A stretch of DNA of 64,000 nt from Fidelibacterota bacterium (GCA_016844945.1 JAERTJ010000086.1:36180-100179), one strand, 5' to 3'; shown: positions 19,317 to 29,189, numbered from the stretch's first letter. Program-made: numbers and translations. Notes: generated by a model not told the origin, from the letters alone.

Positions 19317-20591
19317 GTGAAAACGCGCTATATCGCGACAATGTTGATTTTTGTAATAAGTGGGCAACTATTTAATTGTAGTGAGCCCGACGAGGACGAT
19401 ACCAAAGCTCCAGGACCACCATTAAACTTAATCTATGATACCCTAATACTTATAGATAGAGGAATTATATTAAGTTGGACCGCTCCTGTAGATAATGATG
19501 TGGAACGTTATAGTATTCACAGAAACCTAGATGGTGGTGAATTTATAGAGATCGCTCAATCTATTTACACCACATATCAAGATACCAACCTTGACTATGA
19601 TGTTGAATATGGCTATAAAGTTCTTGCTATAGATGGAGCAGGCAACAAAAGTTCATTCTCAAACATTCTAAAGCAATCACCCCCCGATTTAGCCCCTCCC
19701 CCTCCTCCATATAACTTGGAATACGATGTGAATCTATCAGGCGATGGTTCAATATATCTGAGCTGGCAATCTTCTTATGATGAAGAAATATCAGGATACA
19801 AATTATACCGTGATACGGATACAGGTGTATTCAATGAAATTGGAACTACCTCAAGCAATTATTATTTTGATATCGGACTAGATTATTATACTCAATATAC
19901 TTACAAAGTTACAGCAGAAGACAACGCTGGTAATGAGAGTGTGTTTTCAAATATCGTTTCACTCACCCCAATCAACCGTTTCTCTCCAGCAACACCCAAT
20001 GGTATTGAGATTAGAGCGCACAATATTCCTGCTGAGTTTCAAACGAATGTGGAGTTATTCTGGAACCCAAATACAGAAATCGACTTTTCACATTACGGAA
20101 TATATAGATCAGAACTTCCACTTTTTGCAGCCAATGAAAGTTCATTTCTAGATTCAATTACAAATAATTATTATGAGGATAATCAGGTCACTCCGGGTAT
20201 AACATACTATTACAAACTACTAGCTTTTGATTTAGGTGGGTTATCCAGTGATCCGTCCTTTGCTTTGTCTGACACCCCGCTTGAAGTACCCGAATTACTC
20301 AGCCCAATAGACGACAATACAACTTCAAGTGCGACTCCCACATTTGTATGGGAAAATATATCTCATGCTATAAAATACAGAATCGTTGTCAGGACATCGT
20401 CTATGACCGGAGATATCTGGGAGGTCGAATTGACGGCAACAACTGAGAACACAATGAGCATCACCTATCCATCGAATGCCACAACCCAACTTGAATCGAA
20501 TACAAGATATTACTGGTTCATATCTAGCTATTCACAAGATACTGATGAGATAAACTGCTATAGTGACATAAATGCATTCAGGACACCCTAG
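19317..20591 (+). CDS. Lipoprotein with three FN3-like repeats plus a conserved ~100-aa C-terminal domain.
   Basis: The GTG at 19317 has GGAGG 8 nt upstream. The lipobox is SGQLFNC|SEPDEDD. Repeats follow the pattern W.AP.D.DV..Y.I.RN...YGYKV.A.D..GN.S.FSN. Confidence 0.75.
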   Translation: MKTRYIATMLIFVISGQLFNCSEPDEDDTKAPGPPLNLIYDTLILIDRGIILSWTAPVDNDVERYSIHRNLDGGEFIEIAQSIYTTYQDTNLDYDVEYGYKVLAIDGAGNKSSFSNILKQSPPDLAPPPPPYNLEYDVNLSGDGSIYLSWQSSYDEEISGYKLYRDTDTGVFNEIGTTSSNYYFDIGLDYYTQYTYKVTAEDNAGNESVFSNIVSLTPINRFSPATPNGIEIRAHNIPAEFQTNVELFWNPNTEIDFSHYGIYRSELPLFAANESSFLDSITNNYYEDNQVTPGITYYYKLLAFDLGGLSSDPSFALSDTPLEVPELLSPIDDNTTSSATPTFVWENISHAIKYRIVVRTSSMTGDIWEVELTATTENTMSITYPSNATTQLESNTRYYWFISSYSQDTDEINCYSDINAFRTP

Positions 20592-20726
20592 TGATTTGTC
20601 AGACAGTGAGTGCTGAATGCTACATGAATCGAAATCAATGTTATCCATATCACTAAGCCTTTTTATAGAGCTTGATTCTCAATATTGATTCTTAAATTGG
20701 ATCATAAATTATTAACGGAGGAAAAT

Positions 20727-21719
20727 ATGACAAAACGTTACCTTGTTTTAGTATTAGCAGTATTAATTGGACTTTTCATGGTGAGTTGTAGTGATCCGGA
20801 AGAGGATGATGTAACGGCACCCGGAGCTCCAGTAAACCTGACATATGATGAAAACCTTTCTGTAGATGGCAAAGTTTACATAAGCTGGACGGCTCCTTCA
20901 GATGATGATGTTGAGAGCTATAATGTTTATCGCAATGAGGGTAGTGGTGATTTCACTCAGATTAATTCAGTGACAAGACCTGAATATGAGGATCTTAATC
21001 TTGACTATACAATTACTTATAATTACAAGGTAACTGCTGTGGATGATAGCGGTAATGAGAGTCCTTTTTCAAACATGACCAGTGTCATGCCCTTTAATCA
21101 GGCTAGACCTGCTTCACCTGAAAATTTAGAGGTCAAAGCGTATAACTTGGTCGAATCATTCATACTAGAAGTTAAACTAACCTGGAATGCGAACGGTGAA
21201 GGTGATTTCGATCATTATAAAATCTATCGATCGGCTTCATCACCTTCTTTTCAAGCTGATCCTTCAACATTACTTGATTCAACGACTGATACTTCCTACC
21301 CTGATCAGGATGTGGAGCCCGGGATAAAGTATTACTACAAATTAAGGGCTGTTGATCGTGGTGGTCTCGATAGTGACCCAACATTCTCAAAATCTGATAC
21401 TCCCCTGGAAATTCCTGTTCTTGTCAGACCTATCGATGATGCTGGAAATACGTCTTTAACACCAACTTTTGAATGGACGCATGTTCAGGAAGCTGTAAAA
21501 TATAAAATTGTACTCAGAACATCTCCGAATGATGGAAACATCTGGACCTCCGAAATAGCAGCAACAGGAGCCAGTACACTCAGCATCACCTATCCTTCGA
21601 ATGCTACAACTGCACTCATTCCAAATGATACAAGGTACTGGTGGTTTATCGCAGCTTACTCCCAAGAGGATGGAGATATCAACGCTTATTCTGAGGATAC
21701 AACCTTCAAAACTCAGTAG
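20727..21719 (+). CDS. Paralogous lipoprotein with two FN3-like repeats plus the same C-terminal domain.
   Basis: The ATG at 20727 has GGAGG upstream. The lipobox is LFMVSC|SDPEEDD. The C-terminal domain aligns with the upstream paralog (PTFEWTH..AVKYKIVLRTS...SITYPSNATT...TRYWWFIAAYSQ). Confidence 0.8.
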   Translation: MTKRYLVLVLAVLIGLFMVSCSDPEEDDVTAPGAPVNLTYDENLSVDGKVYISWTAPSDDDVESYNVYRNEGSGDFTQINSVTRPEYEDLNLDYTITYNYKVTAVDDSGNESPFSNMTSVMPFNQARPASPENLEVKAYNLVESFILEVKLTWNANGEGDFDHYKIYRSASSPSFQADPSTLLDSTTDTSYPDQDVEPGIKYYYKLRAVDRGGLDSDPTFSKSDTPLEIPVLVRPIDDAGNTSLTPTFEWTHVQEAVKYKIVLRTSPNDGNIWTSEIAATGASTLSITYPSNATTALIPNDTRYWWFIAAYSQEDGDINAYSEDTTFKTQ

Positions 21720-21735
21720 GATTTAATCAACTTTC

Positions 21736-21772
21736 AAAAAAAAGGCTGCCTGGATTGGGCAGCCTTTTTTTT
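21736..21772. terminator. Bidirectional terminator between convergent genes.
   Basis: AAAAAAAAGGCTGCC-tggattg-GGCAGCCTTTTTTTT: a stem flanked by an A-run and a T-run. Confidence 0.8.
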
Positions 21773-21791
21773 GCTTCGATCAAAGTAATAA

Positions 21792-22727
21792 TTAAACAGA
21801 AATATCAGCGCCACCAGATTTTGCCAGCATGACCATCACTGCCTTCTGGGCATGCATGCGATTTTCAGCTTCATCAAAAATTACTGATTGCGGCCCATCC
21901 AGAACAGCTTCGGTGATTTCTTCGCCATAATGAGCAGGTAGACAGTGCATAACCAGCGCATCAGATTTGGCGTGGCTTAACAATTCTTCATTGATCTGAA
22001 AACCTTTGAAATCATTTAATCGCTTCTGACGTTCATCCTCTTGCCCCATTGACGTCCATACATCGGTATAGAGTACATCGGCATCTTTCGCTGCCTCTAC
22101 TGGATCACGGATGACTTCAACCGTACTAATGCCAGCAGCCTGTGCTTTTGCCAGGGTTTCTGGATCAGGATCATACCCTTCAGGTGCAGCCAGAACAAAA
22201 TGATAGGGTACCACAGAGGCGAAGTTCAAAAAGGAATTGCAAACATTATTGCCATCACCAATAAATACTACTTTTTGCCCTTCAACAGTTCCTCTGTGCT
22301 CATGAATGGTTAGCATATCTGCCATGATCTGACAGGGATGATTGTAGTCAGTTAAGCCATTAATCACAGGGGCCGTAGAATACTTCGCCATTTCAATCAT
22401 ATGTTCATGTTTGAATAGACGTGCCATAATCCAATTGTTATAGCGTGAAATAACCCGTGCAATATCCTTGACGGATTCACGCTTACCAATACTGATATCA
22501 TTGGGTCCCAGGTAGAGTGCATGCCCACCAAACTGAACCATACCAGTCTCAAAGCTGACTCGGGTACGCAACGAGGGTTTGGCAAAAACCATTGACATGG
22601 TTTGATTGGCAAAATAGTGATGATCCTTACCTGACTTCACTTCCGCTTTCAGCGCTTTTGCGATACGGAAGGTTTCAAATATCTCTGCTTTGCTAAAATC
22701 AGTGACTGCTAAAAAATCTCGTTTCAT
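21792..22727 (-). CDS. argF: Ornithine carbamoyltransferase.
   Basis: Motifs SLRTRVSFE, HPCQ, DVWTSMGQE and HCLPAHYGEE. AAAGGAGG lies upstream. Confidence 0.85.
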   Translation of the reverse strand: MKRDFLAVTDFSKAEIFETFRIAKALKAEVKSGKDHHYFANQTMSMVFAKPSLRTRVSFETGMVQFGGHALYLGPNDISIGKRESVKDIARVISRYNNWIMARLFKHEHMIEMAKYSTAPVINGLTDYNHPCQIMADMLTIHEHRGTVEGQKVVFIGDGNNVCNSFLNFASVVPYHFVLAAPEGYDPDPETLAKAQAAGISTVEVIRDPVEAAKDADVLYTDVWTSMGQEDERQKRLNDFKGFQINEELLSHAKSDALVMHCLPAHYGEEITEAVLDGPQSVIFDEAENRMHAQKAVMVMLAKSGGADISV

Positions 22728-22751
22728 TCGGCCTCCTTTGCATTAGATGAC

Positions 22752-22782
22752 AAAAAAAAGACCCCGTCTACAGACGGAGTCT
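22752..22782 (-). terminator. Terminator after hslVU.
   Basis: On the minus strand, AGACTCCGTC-tgta-GACGGGGTCT (one mismatch) is followed by TTTTTTTT. Confidence 0.65.
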
Positions 22783-22834
22783 TGAGTTAAAAACTTTTAT
22801 TTCGATTTGAACAATTCTCATCAATTCATTTCCA

Positions 22835-24178
22835 CTATAGAATATACTTACTGAGATCCTGATCAGCCATGGTATCCTTGAAAGTTTTAGTGACCATGGA
22901 TTTAGTGACTTTAATCTGTTTCTGCTTCCCATCAGGCAAATCAAAGAGCGTTTCTTCAAGTAGACGACTCATGATTGTATGCAGTCGACGTGCCCCGATG
23001 TTCTCAACACTCTCATTGACTTCAAAAGCGACTCTGGCAATCTCTGCAATGGCATCCTTGTTAAAAGTAATCTTTACATTCTCAGCACCCACCAGAGCCG
23101 TGTATTGTTTCAAAAGGGCTGATTTGGGTTGAGTTAGAATTTGTATAAAATCATCTTCAGTCAGATTATCGAGCTCAACTCGGATGGGGAAACGTCCCTG
23201 CAATTCTGGAATCAAGTCTGAGGGTTTAGACATATGAAATGCACCAGCAGCAATAAATAGGACATGGTCAGTTACCAGTGTCCCGTATTTTGTTTTCACT
23301 GTGCTACCTTCGATTATGGGTAGAATATCCCGCTGTACACCTTCCCGAGAGACATCAGGACCACCACCGCCGCGATCCACAGCTATCTTGTCAATCTCAT
23401 CGACGAATACGATTCCATCCTGTTCCGCACGGTAGATGGCTTCATGCTGAACCTTCTCTTCATCAATAAGTTTATCGGACTCTTCAGCGGTAATCAAAAT
23501 CCTAGCTTCAGCGACACTCAAGCGACGAATTTTTTTCTTTTTCGGCATGGCGTTGCCCAGCATATCCTGAAGATTCATACTGAGATCATCCATTCCCAAT
23601 GGGCCAAAAATTTGCATCATGGGACTGCTGGCGTCTTCCTGAACCTTGAATTCAACCTGACGATCCTCAAAATCACCTGCCATCAACTTGTTGTACATTT
23701 TTTCCCGGGTAGATTGATAACGAATATAATCTTCTGATTCCTTATCATTATTGCTCAGGGGTGGCAGAAGTAAATCCATGATCCGCTCATTGGTCATCTC
23801 AATCGCTTTTTCACGAACCGTGATTTCATGCTCAGACTTGACAATATTGTAACTGTTATCCACCAGGTCACGAATCATGGAATCGACATCCCGTCCCACA
23901 TACCCAACCTCAGTAAATTTTGAAGCTTCAACCTTGACAAAAGGGGCTTGAACAAGATTTGAAAGTCTACGAGCAATTTCAGTCTTCCCAACACCCGTGG
24001 AACCAATCATGATGATGTTGTTGGGCATTATCTCATCACGTATATCTGAGGTCACCTGTTGTCGTCTCCATCGATTTCTTAATGCAATGGCGACTGACTT
24101 TTTAGCACCGTCCTGTCCGATGATATATTTATCTAATTCTTTTACAATTTGTTTAGGTGTAAGTGAAAATTTGCTCAT
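22835..24178 (-). CDS. hslU: ATP-dependent protease ATPase subunit HslU.
   Basis: LTPKQIVKELDKYIIGQDGAKKSVAIALRNRWRR, Walker A GSTGVGKTEIARRL, and GIVFVDEIDKI. Confidence 0.95.
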   Translation of the reverse strand: MSKFSLTPKQIVKELDKYIIGQDGAKKSVAIALRNRWRRQQVTSDIRDEIMPNNIIMIGSTGVGKTEIARRLSNLVQAPFVKVEASKFTEVGYVGRDVDSMIRDLVDNSYNIVKSEHEITVREKAIEMTNERIMDLLLPPLSNNDKESEDYIRYQSTREKMYNKLMAGDFEDRQVEFKVQEDASSPMMQIFGPLGMDDLSMNLQDMLGNAMPKKKKIRRLSVAEARILITAEESDKLIDEEKVQHEAIYRAEQDGIVFVDEIDKIAVDRGGGGPDVSREGVQRDILPIIEGSTVKTKYGTLVTDHVLFIAAGAFHMSKPSDLIPELQGRFPIRVELDNLTEDDFIQILTQPKSALLKQYTALVGAENVKITFNKDAIAEIARVAFEVNESVENIGARRLHTIMSRLLEETLFDLPDGKQKQIKVTKSMVTKTFKDTMADQDLSKYIL

Positions 24179-24193
24179 TTAAACGATGTTCTC

Positions 24194-24739
24194 TTATTTC
24201 AATTCTAAAACATTAATTTTGTTATTGGTGTAGATACAGATATCTGCCGTGATCTCTAGTGATTGGCGGACTATATCCTTTGGCAATTTCTTACCACTGG
24301 CAATAAAGGCTCTTGCTGCAGCGGTGGCATAGGGGCTACCTGATCCAATGGAGATAACACCATCGTCTGATTCAACCACATCTCCATTTCCAGATATGAT
24401 TAAGCCATGATCAATATCCATAACAATTAACATGGCATCCAGATTGCGAAGCATTTTATCCATGCGCCAATCTTTGGCCAGCTCAACGGCTGCTCGAACC
24501 AGGTCTCCACTAAATTCTTCAAGCTTGGCTTCAAATTTTTCAAAAAGAGCAAAGGCATCAGCAGCAGATCCTGCAAACCCGGTGAGCACTTCACCATCAT
24601 AAATCGAGCGTATTTTTACTGCACCGTGTTTCATAACTGTATCACCAAAAGTGACTTGTCCGTCACCGCCAAGGGCAACTTTTCCGTTATGTCTTACACC
24701 CAGAATTGTTGTGGCATGGAGTTCTGGAAACATGTTCAT
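24194..24739 (-). CDS. hslV: ATP-dependent protease subunit HslV.
   Basis: [23 protein letters not shown] with the catalytic Thr after a short N-terminal extension. It lies directly upstream of hslU. Confidence 0.95.
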   Translation of the reverse strand: MNMFPELHATTILGVRHNGKVALGGDGQVTFGDTVMKHGAVKIRSIYDGEVLTGFAGSAADAFALFEKFEAKLEEFSGDLVRAAVELAKDWRMDKMLRNLDAMLIVMDIDHGLIISGNGDVVESDDGVISIGSGSPYATAAARAFIASGKKLPKDIVRQSLEITADICIYTNNKINVLELK

Positions 24740-24942
24740 TTAAGCCTCTTATTCTTATCAACACTTCGGTTCAGCCAAAGCCGCTAAATATAGATTTTGT
24801 CCGTTCGTGAGCAATGTCTTTTAAGATTCAAATCCGCCCAAGGTGAGCCCAAATTGTCAACAATCCCTTCACTCTCAAAACCTTGAGAGTCTTGCTGAGG
24901 CTAAAACCCTCCATTGGCGTGGTCTCGAAGCACCCAAAAACT

Positions 24943-24966
24943 GGAGGCTGAGCTCGTCGAAGCCTG
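24943..24966 (+). repeat. Hairpin motif copy A: GGAGGC-TGAGCTCGTCGAA-GCCTG.
   Basis: Read directly. It shares a 13-nt loop core with two elements at 46867-46934, with compensatory stem differences. Confidence 0.35.
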
Positions 24967-25023
24967 ATACATCAACAGAGAGACAATATTGTACATCAAT
25001 CTGGCAGCGGAGGTCACCCACCA

Positions 25024-25068
25024 AATAAAAAAACAGGGGTATATGTCCAGAAACATATACCCCTGTTT
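25024..25068 (-). terminator. Terminator after hflKC.
   Basis: A 15-bp stem AAACAGGGGTATATG/CATATACCCCTGTTT, followed on the minus strand by a T-run. Confidence 0.8.
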
Positions 25069-25092
25069 AACCAAGATATAACCTGATTTATT

Positions 25093-25944
25093 TTATTTCA
25101 TTTCCTTTAGAAAACGGAAGAAATCAGATTCAGGAGTTAAGACGAATTTTGTCTTTTCATCGAACACTTCCTTATAGGCATCCAGGGTTCTGACAAATTC
25201 ATAAAAGTCAGGATCACTCTGGTAGGCCTGGGCATAAATTCTGATTGCCTGGGCTTCTCCGTCTCCTCGAATTTCCTGTGCTTTTTTATAAGCATCAGCC
25301 AGAATAATTTCACGTTCTTTATCGGTCTCAGCCCGAATTTTGACCGCTTCCTCATCACCTTCAGATCTGAATTGCTTGGCCATTCTTTCACGTTCAGCCT
25401 TCATACGGTCAAATACTGCCTGCTCATTCTCACGAGGAAGGTCTGCACGCTTGATGCGTACATCAATAATTTCAATCCCATACTCTTGAGCAGTAAGTGT
25501 GGCATTTTGAGTTACTTTGTGCATCAATGAATCACGCATGGTAGAAACGATCTCATGCATGAGGTGTGTTCCCAACTGGACTCTCAAACTGGAATAAATG
25601 ATGTCATCCAGGCGAGATTGAGCTAATGCCTGTGTCCGCATGGTCTGCATGAATTTAAGCGGATCAGAAATTCGCCATTGTGCGTAATTATCCAGGATGA
25701 GATTTTTCTTATCCTCAGTCAGGATTGTATTTGGCGCACTATCATATTCCAGAAGTCTTTTCTCGAAGAATGTAGCGGATTGAATAAAGGGAATCTTAAA
25801 GTTCAATCCAGGTTCAGTGATATTTCTGACGGGTTTACCCAATTGTACGATGACGACTTGTTCAGTCTCATCCACGATCATAACTCCACCTGAAAAAATC
25901 ATAAGGATCAGGATGGCAATAACTGTTGTGACTAGATTTCTCAT
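25093..25944 (-). CDS. hflC: SPFH/band-7 protease modulator HflC.
   Basis: The N-terminal TM helix, EPGLNFKIPFIQS, a coiled-coil Glu/Arg-rich segment, and a 4-nt overlap with hflK. Confidence 0.85.
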   Translation of the reverse strand: MRNLVTTVIAILILMIFSGGVMIVDETEQVVIVQLGKPVRNITEPGLNFKIPFIQSATFFEKRLLEYDSAPNTILTEDKKNLILDNYAQWRISDPLKFMQTMRTQALAQSRLDDIIYSSLRVQLGTHLMHEIVSTMRDSLMHKVTQNATLTAQEYGIEIIDVRIKRADLPRENEQAVFDRMKAERERMAKQFRSEGDEEAVKIRAETDKEREIILADAYKKAQEIRGDGEAQAIRIYAQAYQSDPDFYEFVRTLDAYKEVFDEKTKFVLTPESDFFRFLKEMK

Positions 25945-26936
25945 TTGGCACCCCCTTTCACCTTTTCAAGGCTTAGCACGTTAACCAAACCACCAGCATC
26001 TTTACCATCCACGATATATTTATCCAGACCAGGAAGAATTTCTTCCATAGTTTCAATATACATTCGTGTTCTGGTGACATCCTTAGCCTGTCGGTACTGG
26101 TAAAGCATTTGTGCAAAACGGGAGGAATCTCCCTGAGCTTCCTTCATACGAGTTTGTCGAAATGCCTCAGCTTCCTGAAGGGCTTGAGCGCTTTCACCAC
26201 GAGCTTGAGGGATAATTTCATTCTGATAACCCAGAGCGATATTTACCTTCTTTTCTTTTTCCTCCTTAGCAGATTGAACATCCTTAAAGGCTGCATCAAC
26301 CTGTTGTGGCGGTGTCACGTCCTGAAGCTTAATCTCTGCAATATGTACACCGGCTTCATAGCCATCTAAGACTCTCTGTAATAGCTCTTTTGTTTCTGTT
26401 TCAATCATAGCTTTACCAGTAGTCAGAGTTTGATCTATGGGCTGTGATCCTACAACTTGCCGAATAGCAGCTTCTGCTGCATGCGATACTGCCCGTTGGG
26501 GGTCTGCAACTCTAAAGAGAAACTGCCCAGCATCTTTAATCTTGTATTGTACAACCAGATCAACACTGACAATATTCTCATCACCCGTAAGCATGAGTGC
26601 CTCTGATGGCACATCCTTGTACTGGGCTGAGCTCGAGGTTCCCCCGGCTCTTACGGTACGAAAACCTAACTCGAGTCGCTGGACCTCTTCAACATTCACC
26701 AGATCCACGGTTTGGATCGGCCAGGGAAATTTAAATCTTAATCCTGGTTCGGTAATCTGGGTCAATTTCCCAAATGTTCGCACCACACCATTTTGTTCTG
26801 GATCAACAACATAAAATGGTCCGGCAAAAAATATCCAGACCAGAAGTAATAATAAAACAGGATAGATAAAGGCTTTCATTCCAAAGTTTGGAATCTCAAC
26901 TTCACTATCACCAATAACGATACGTTTACCAGCCAT
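25941..26936 (-). CDS. hflK: SPFH/band-7 protease modulator HflK.
   Basis: The TM helix, VVDPEQNGVVRTFGK...EPGLRFKFPWPIQTV, and its position upstream of hflC. Confidence 0.85.
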   Translation of the reverse strand: MAGKRIVIGDSEVEIPNFGMKAFIYPVLLLLLVWIFFAGPFYVVDPEQNGVVRTFGKLTQITEPGLRFKFPWPIQTVDLVNVEEVQRLELGFRTVRAGGTSSSAQYKDVPSEALMLTGDENIVSVDLVVQYKIKDAGQFLFRVADPQRAVSHAAEAAIRQVVGSQPIDQTLTTGKAMIETETKELLQRVLDGYEAGVHIAEIKLQDVTPPQQVDAAFKDVQSAKEEKEKKVNIALGYQNEIIPQARGESAQALQEAEAFRQTRMKEAQGDSSRFAQMLYQYRQAKDVTRTRMYIETMEEILPGLDKYIVDGKDAGGLVNVLSLEKVKGGAK

Positions 26937-27088
26937 AATTCCTCCTTATAATAGCTTATGAATATAAAGGTGACTTGTCCTAATGTCAGGTTAAACCGAA
27001 GGATATCGCGATTCTTTTCAAAAGATTTAACCGTTCACAGCTTTCTTTCTTATAGGATTAATTGACTCATCATTTTATTATTGAACTT

Positions 27089-27610
27089 ATGAAAAATTTG
27101 AATCCCTTATTGAAAGAAATGACCATTCTGGTTCTGATCTCCATCGTTCTGGGGGTCTCAGCTCAAGCCGTCCTCCCTCATGGGATCAGTCTAAAAACAG
27201 AGATAACTCTCGTTGAGAATGATTCAAGCTCGGTTGCCATTGCCGCGGTTTCGATTAACCCAACTGGAGATGGTGAAGCGGCCACTAACATTTCACTTCA
27301 GGATGCCTATCATTCGTATGAGAACAACGCAACTATTTTTTTTGATGCCCGTAGCCCAGAGGATTATGCAGATGGGCATATTCAGGGAGCCAAAAATTTA
27401 CCGGTACATGCATTTCTTGATTCATTATCCTATTTGGAAAGTCTTGATTTCAACGGTCAGATCATCACGTATTGTGATGGTGCAGACTGTAATGCATCCA
27501 TTGATCTGGCCGCTGACCTCAAAATGATGGGTTTTTCAAATGTATACTTCTTTTTTGGTGGATGGCAAGCCTGGGAAGAAGCAGGATACCCCATAGAAAG
27601 TGGATCTTGA
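27089..27610 (+). CDS. Membrane-anchored rhodanese-domain sulfurtransferase.
   Basis: FFDARSPEDYADGHIQGAKNLP and the active-site loop YCDGADCNAS. There is an N-terminal TM helix. Confidence 0.8.
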   Translation: MKNLNPLLKEMTILVLISIVLGVSAQAVLPHGISLKTEITLVENDSSSVAIAAVSINPTGDGEAATNISLQDAYHSYENNATIFFDARSPEDYADGHIQGAKNLPVHAFLDSLSYLESLDFNGQIITYCDGADCNASIDLAADLKMMGFSNVYFFFGGWQAWEEAGYPIESGS

Positions 27611-27611
27611 T

Positions 27612-28085
27612 ATGGCTGCAACCTTCCAGATCCTGATGGACAATCGTTACGGGAAAATAAGTATTCGCCTGATTCAAATTAGCCTCGGCTTGCTTTTTAT
27701 TTATGCCAGCCTGGATAAAATCTGGAATCCGGGTCTGTTTGCCAAAGCAATAGCTAACTATAGAATTTTACCTCTGGAAGTTTTACACCTCTCTGCCATC
27801 ATATTACCCTGGCTGGAACTGGTTTGTGGGCTAGCTCTGGTCTTTAACCGCTACCAGCGGGCTGCCACGCTGCTCATCATGGGTATGTTAATTGTGTTTA
27901 TACTGGCTATTCTTTCAGCCATGAGTCGGGGACTGGATTTCAATTGTGGTTGTTTTAGTGTGGATAGTACTGAATCCAATATGGGGATTCAAAAGATTCT
28001 TCAAAATCTGGGTTTACTTTTTAGTTGTGGACTGCTTGAAGTTCAGCACAGGTTGGAACAAAAGGGAATCTTTAGTAAAGCCTAA
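27612..28085 (+). CDS. MauE/DoxX-family membrane protein.
   Basis: Four hydrophobic helices, LLFIYASLDKIWNP, and DFNCGCFS (the CGCF motif). The ATG lies 1 nt after the rhodanese stop; an alternative GTG is at 27600. Confidence 0.7.
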   Translation: MAATFQILMDNRYGKISIRLIQISLGLLFIYASLDKIWNPGLFAKAIANYRILPLEVLHLSAIILPWLELVCGLALVFNRYQRAATLLIMGMLIVFILAILSAMSRGLDFNCGCFSVDSTESNMGIQKILQNLGLLFSCGLLEVQHRLEQKGIFSKA

Positions 28086-28089
28086 AGTG

Positions 28090-28920
28090 CTAGGCGTCTA
28101 ACACTTCTTCCTTCATTTCAATCGGGGCTTCAGCCAGCAGGTGGGCATTTTCCATGTATCGTTTGATGTGGTGGGCTAACATACCCCCATGATAACCGTC
28201 CATGATACGGTGGTCAAAAGTCCCTGATAACTGAAGAATTTTCCGTATGACAACTTTGTTATCTCTCACGACGGGTGTATCCTCTTCTTTCCCCATAACC
28301 AGGACTGCAGGTAACTTTGATCCAGGAAAGAGAGCACCCATACCGACGGATAAACCGTGGGAGCCAATATTTGATAACAGAATTGAGCCGAATGCACTGT
28401 GTCCCAGGCCCATGGATTTTATTTCAAATCCCAGTGTATTGGTGATGAACCGCAGAAACAAAACAGCCATACGACGAAACGGCCAGGGGATTCGTGATAA
28501 AAACGACTTGTTCTCCATGGTATCATTATCAGAGCCACTGCGAGCCTTTGCCACTCGATTACGTATTTCATCCGCGATATCGAATACCGTCTTTTTGTGG
28601 GCATCATAGAGTTTCACACTGGTCATTTCTTTACCACCATGCATGTTTACAGCGACAGTAACAATGACCTCATCCCGTTGGATTATCTGCCCACGTTTGA
28701 CAAAGGCATTCATCTCAGGGATATCCCAGCCAATAGCCCGACCAATGGCGCCAGCAACGAGGTGAGTCATGGTGATGCGACGACCTTCACTGCGATTTTC
28801 TTTGATCATTTCCCAGGCATCGGTCACATCTACATCTAATATCCCGTAGATTTTTCCTTCGTTGGGAGCACCGTAAACTGCAGTGGAGATGATTCTCCAA
28901 GGGCTATTTATTTTTTTCAT
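28090..28920 (-). CDS. Stand-alone 2-oxoacid dehydrogenase acyltransferase (E2) catalytic-domain protein.
   Basis: The catalytic motif FDHRIMDGYHGG. No lipoyl or subunit-binding domain is present. Confidence 0.75.
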   Translation of the reverse strand: MKKINSPWRIISTAVYGAPNEGKIYGILDVDVTDAWEMIKENRSEGRRITMTHLVAGAIGRAIGWDIPEMNAFVKRGQIIQRDEVIVTVAVNMHGGKEMTSVKLYDAHKKTVFDIADEIRNRVAKARSGSDNDTMENKSFLSRIPWPFRRMAVLFLRFITNTLGFEIKSMGLGHSAFGSILLSNIGSHGLSVGMGALFPGSKLPAVLVMGKEEDTPVVRDNKVVIRKILQLSGTFDHRIMDGYHGGMLAHHIKRYMENAHLLAEAPIEMKEEVLDA

Positions 28921-29078
28921 GCACGCAAGATAGGTCTAGAATTAAAACAACCAATTTCAAAAAGTGACTCGCCTGAATTAACTGAATAAGTGATGGAAAT
29001 TGTTTTGCCTGCGGTATGGACAAAACTATATTGCCTCGCTTTTTAAAGGGGCTTTCTATTAAAGAGCCCGTGTTTCAT

Positions 29079-29154
29079 GGCTGCGTAGCTCAGTTGGTAG
29101 AGCAGTTGACTTTTAATCAATTGGTCGTAGGTTCGATTCCTACCGCAGTCACCA
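29079..29154 (+). tRNA. tRNA-Lys (anticodon UUU), CCA encoded.
   Basis: GGCTGCGTAGCTCAGTTGGTAGAGCAGTTGACTTTTAATCAATTGGTCGTAGGTTCGATTCCTACCGCAGTCACCA folds as a cloverleaf. The anticodon loop is CTTTTAA. Confidence 0.95.
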
Positions 29155-29168
29155 AGCAGATTTCCAAG

Positions 29169-29189
29169 CCCCACTTTTGTGGGGTTTTT
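29169..29189 (+). terminator. Small terminator hairpin after the tRNA.
   Basis: CCCCAC-tttt-GTGGGG followed by TTTTT. Confidence 0.6.

Noticed and set aside
24843-25028. 61-aa plus-strand ORF between hslV and hflC.
   Set aside because: It has no RBS and a Ser/Pro/Gln-rich composition. It runs into the minus-strand terminator. The region is better explained as structured non-coding sequence.
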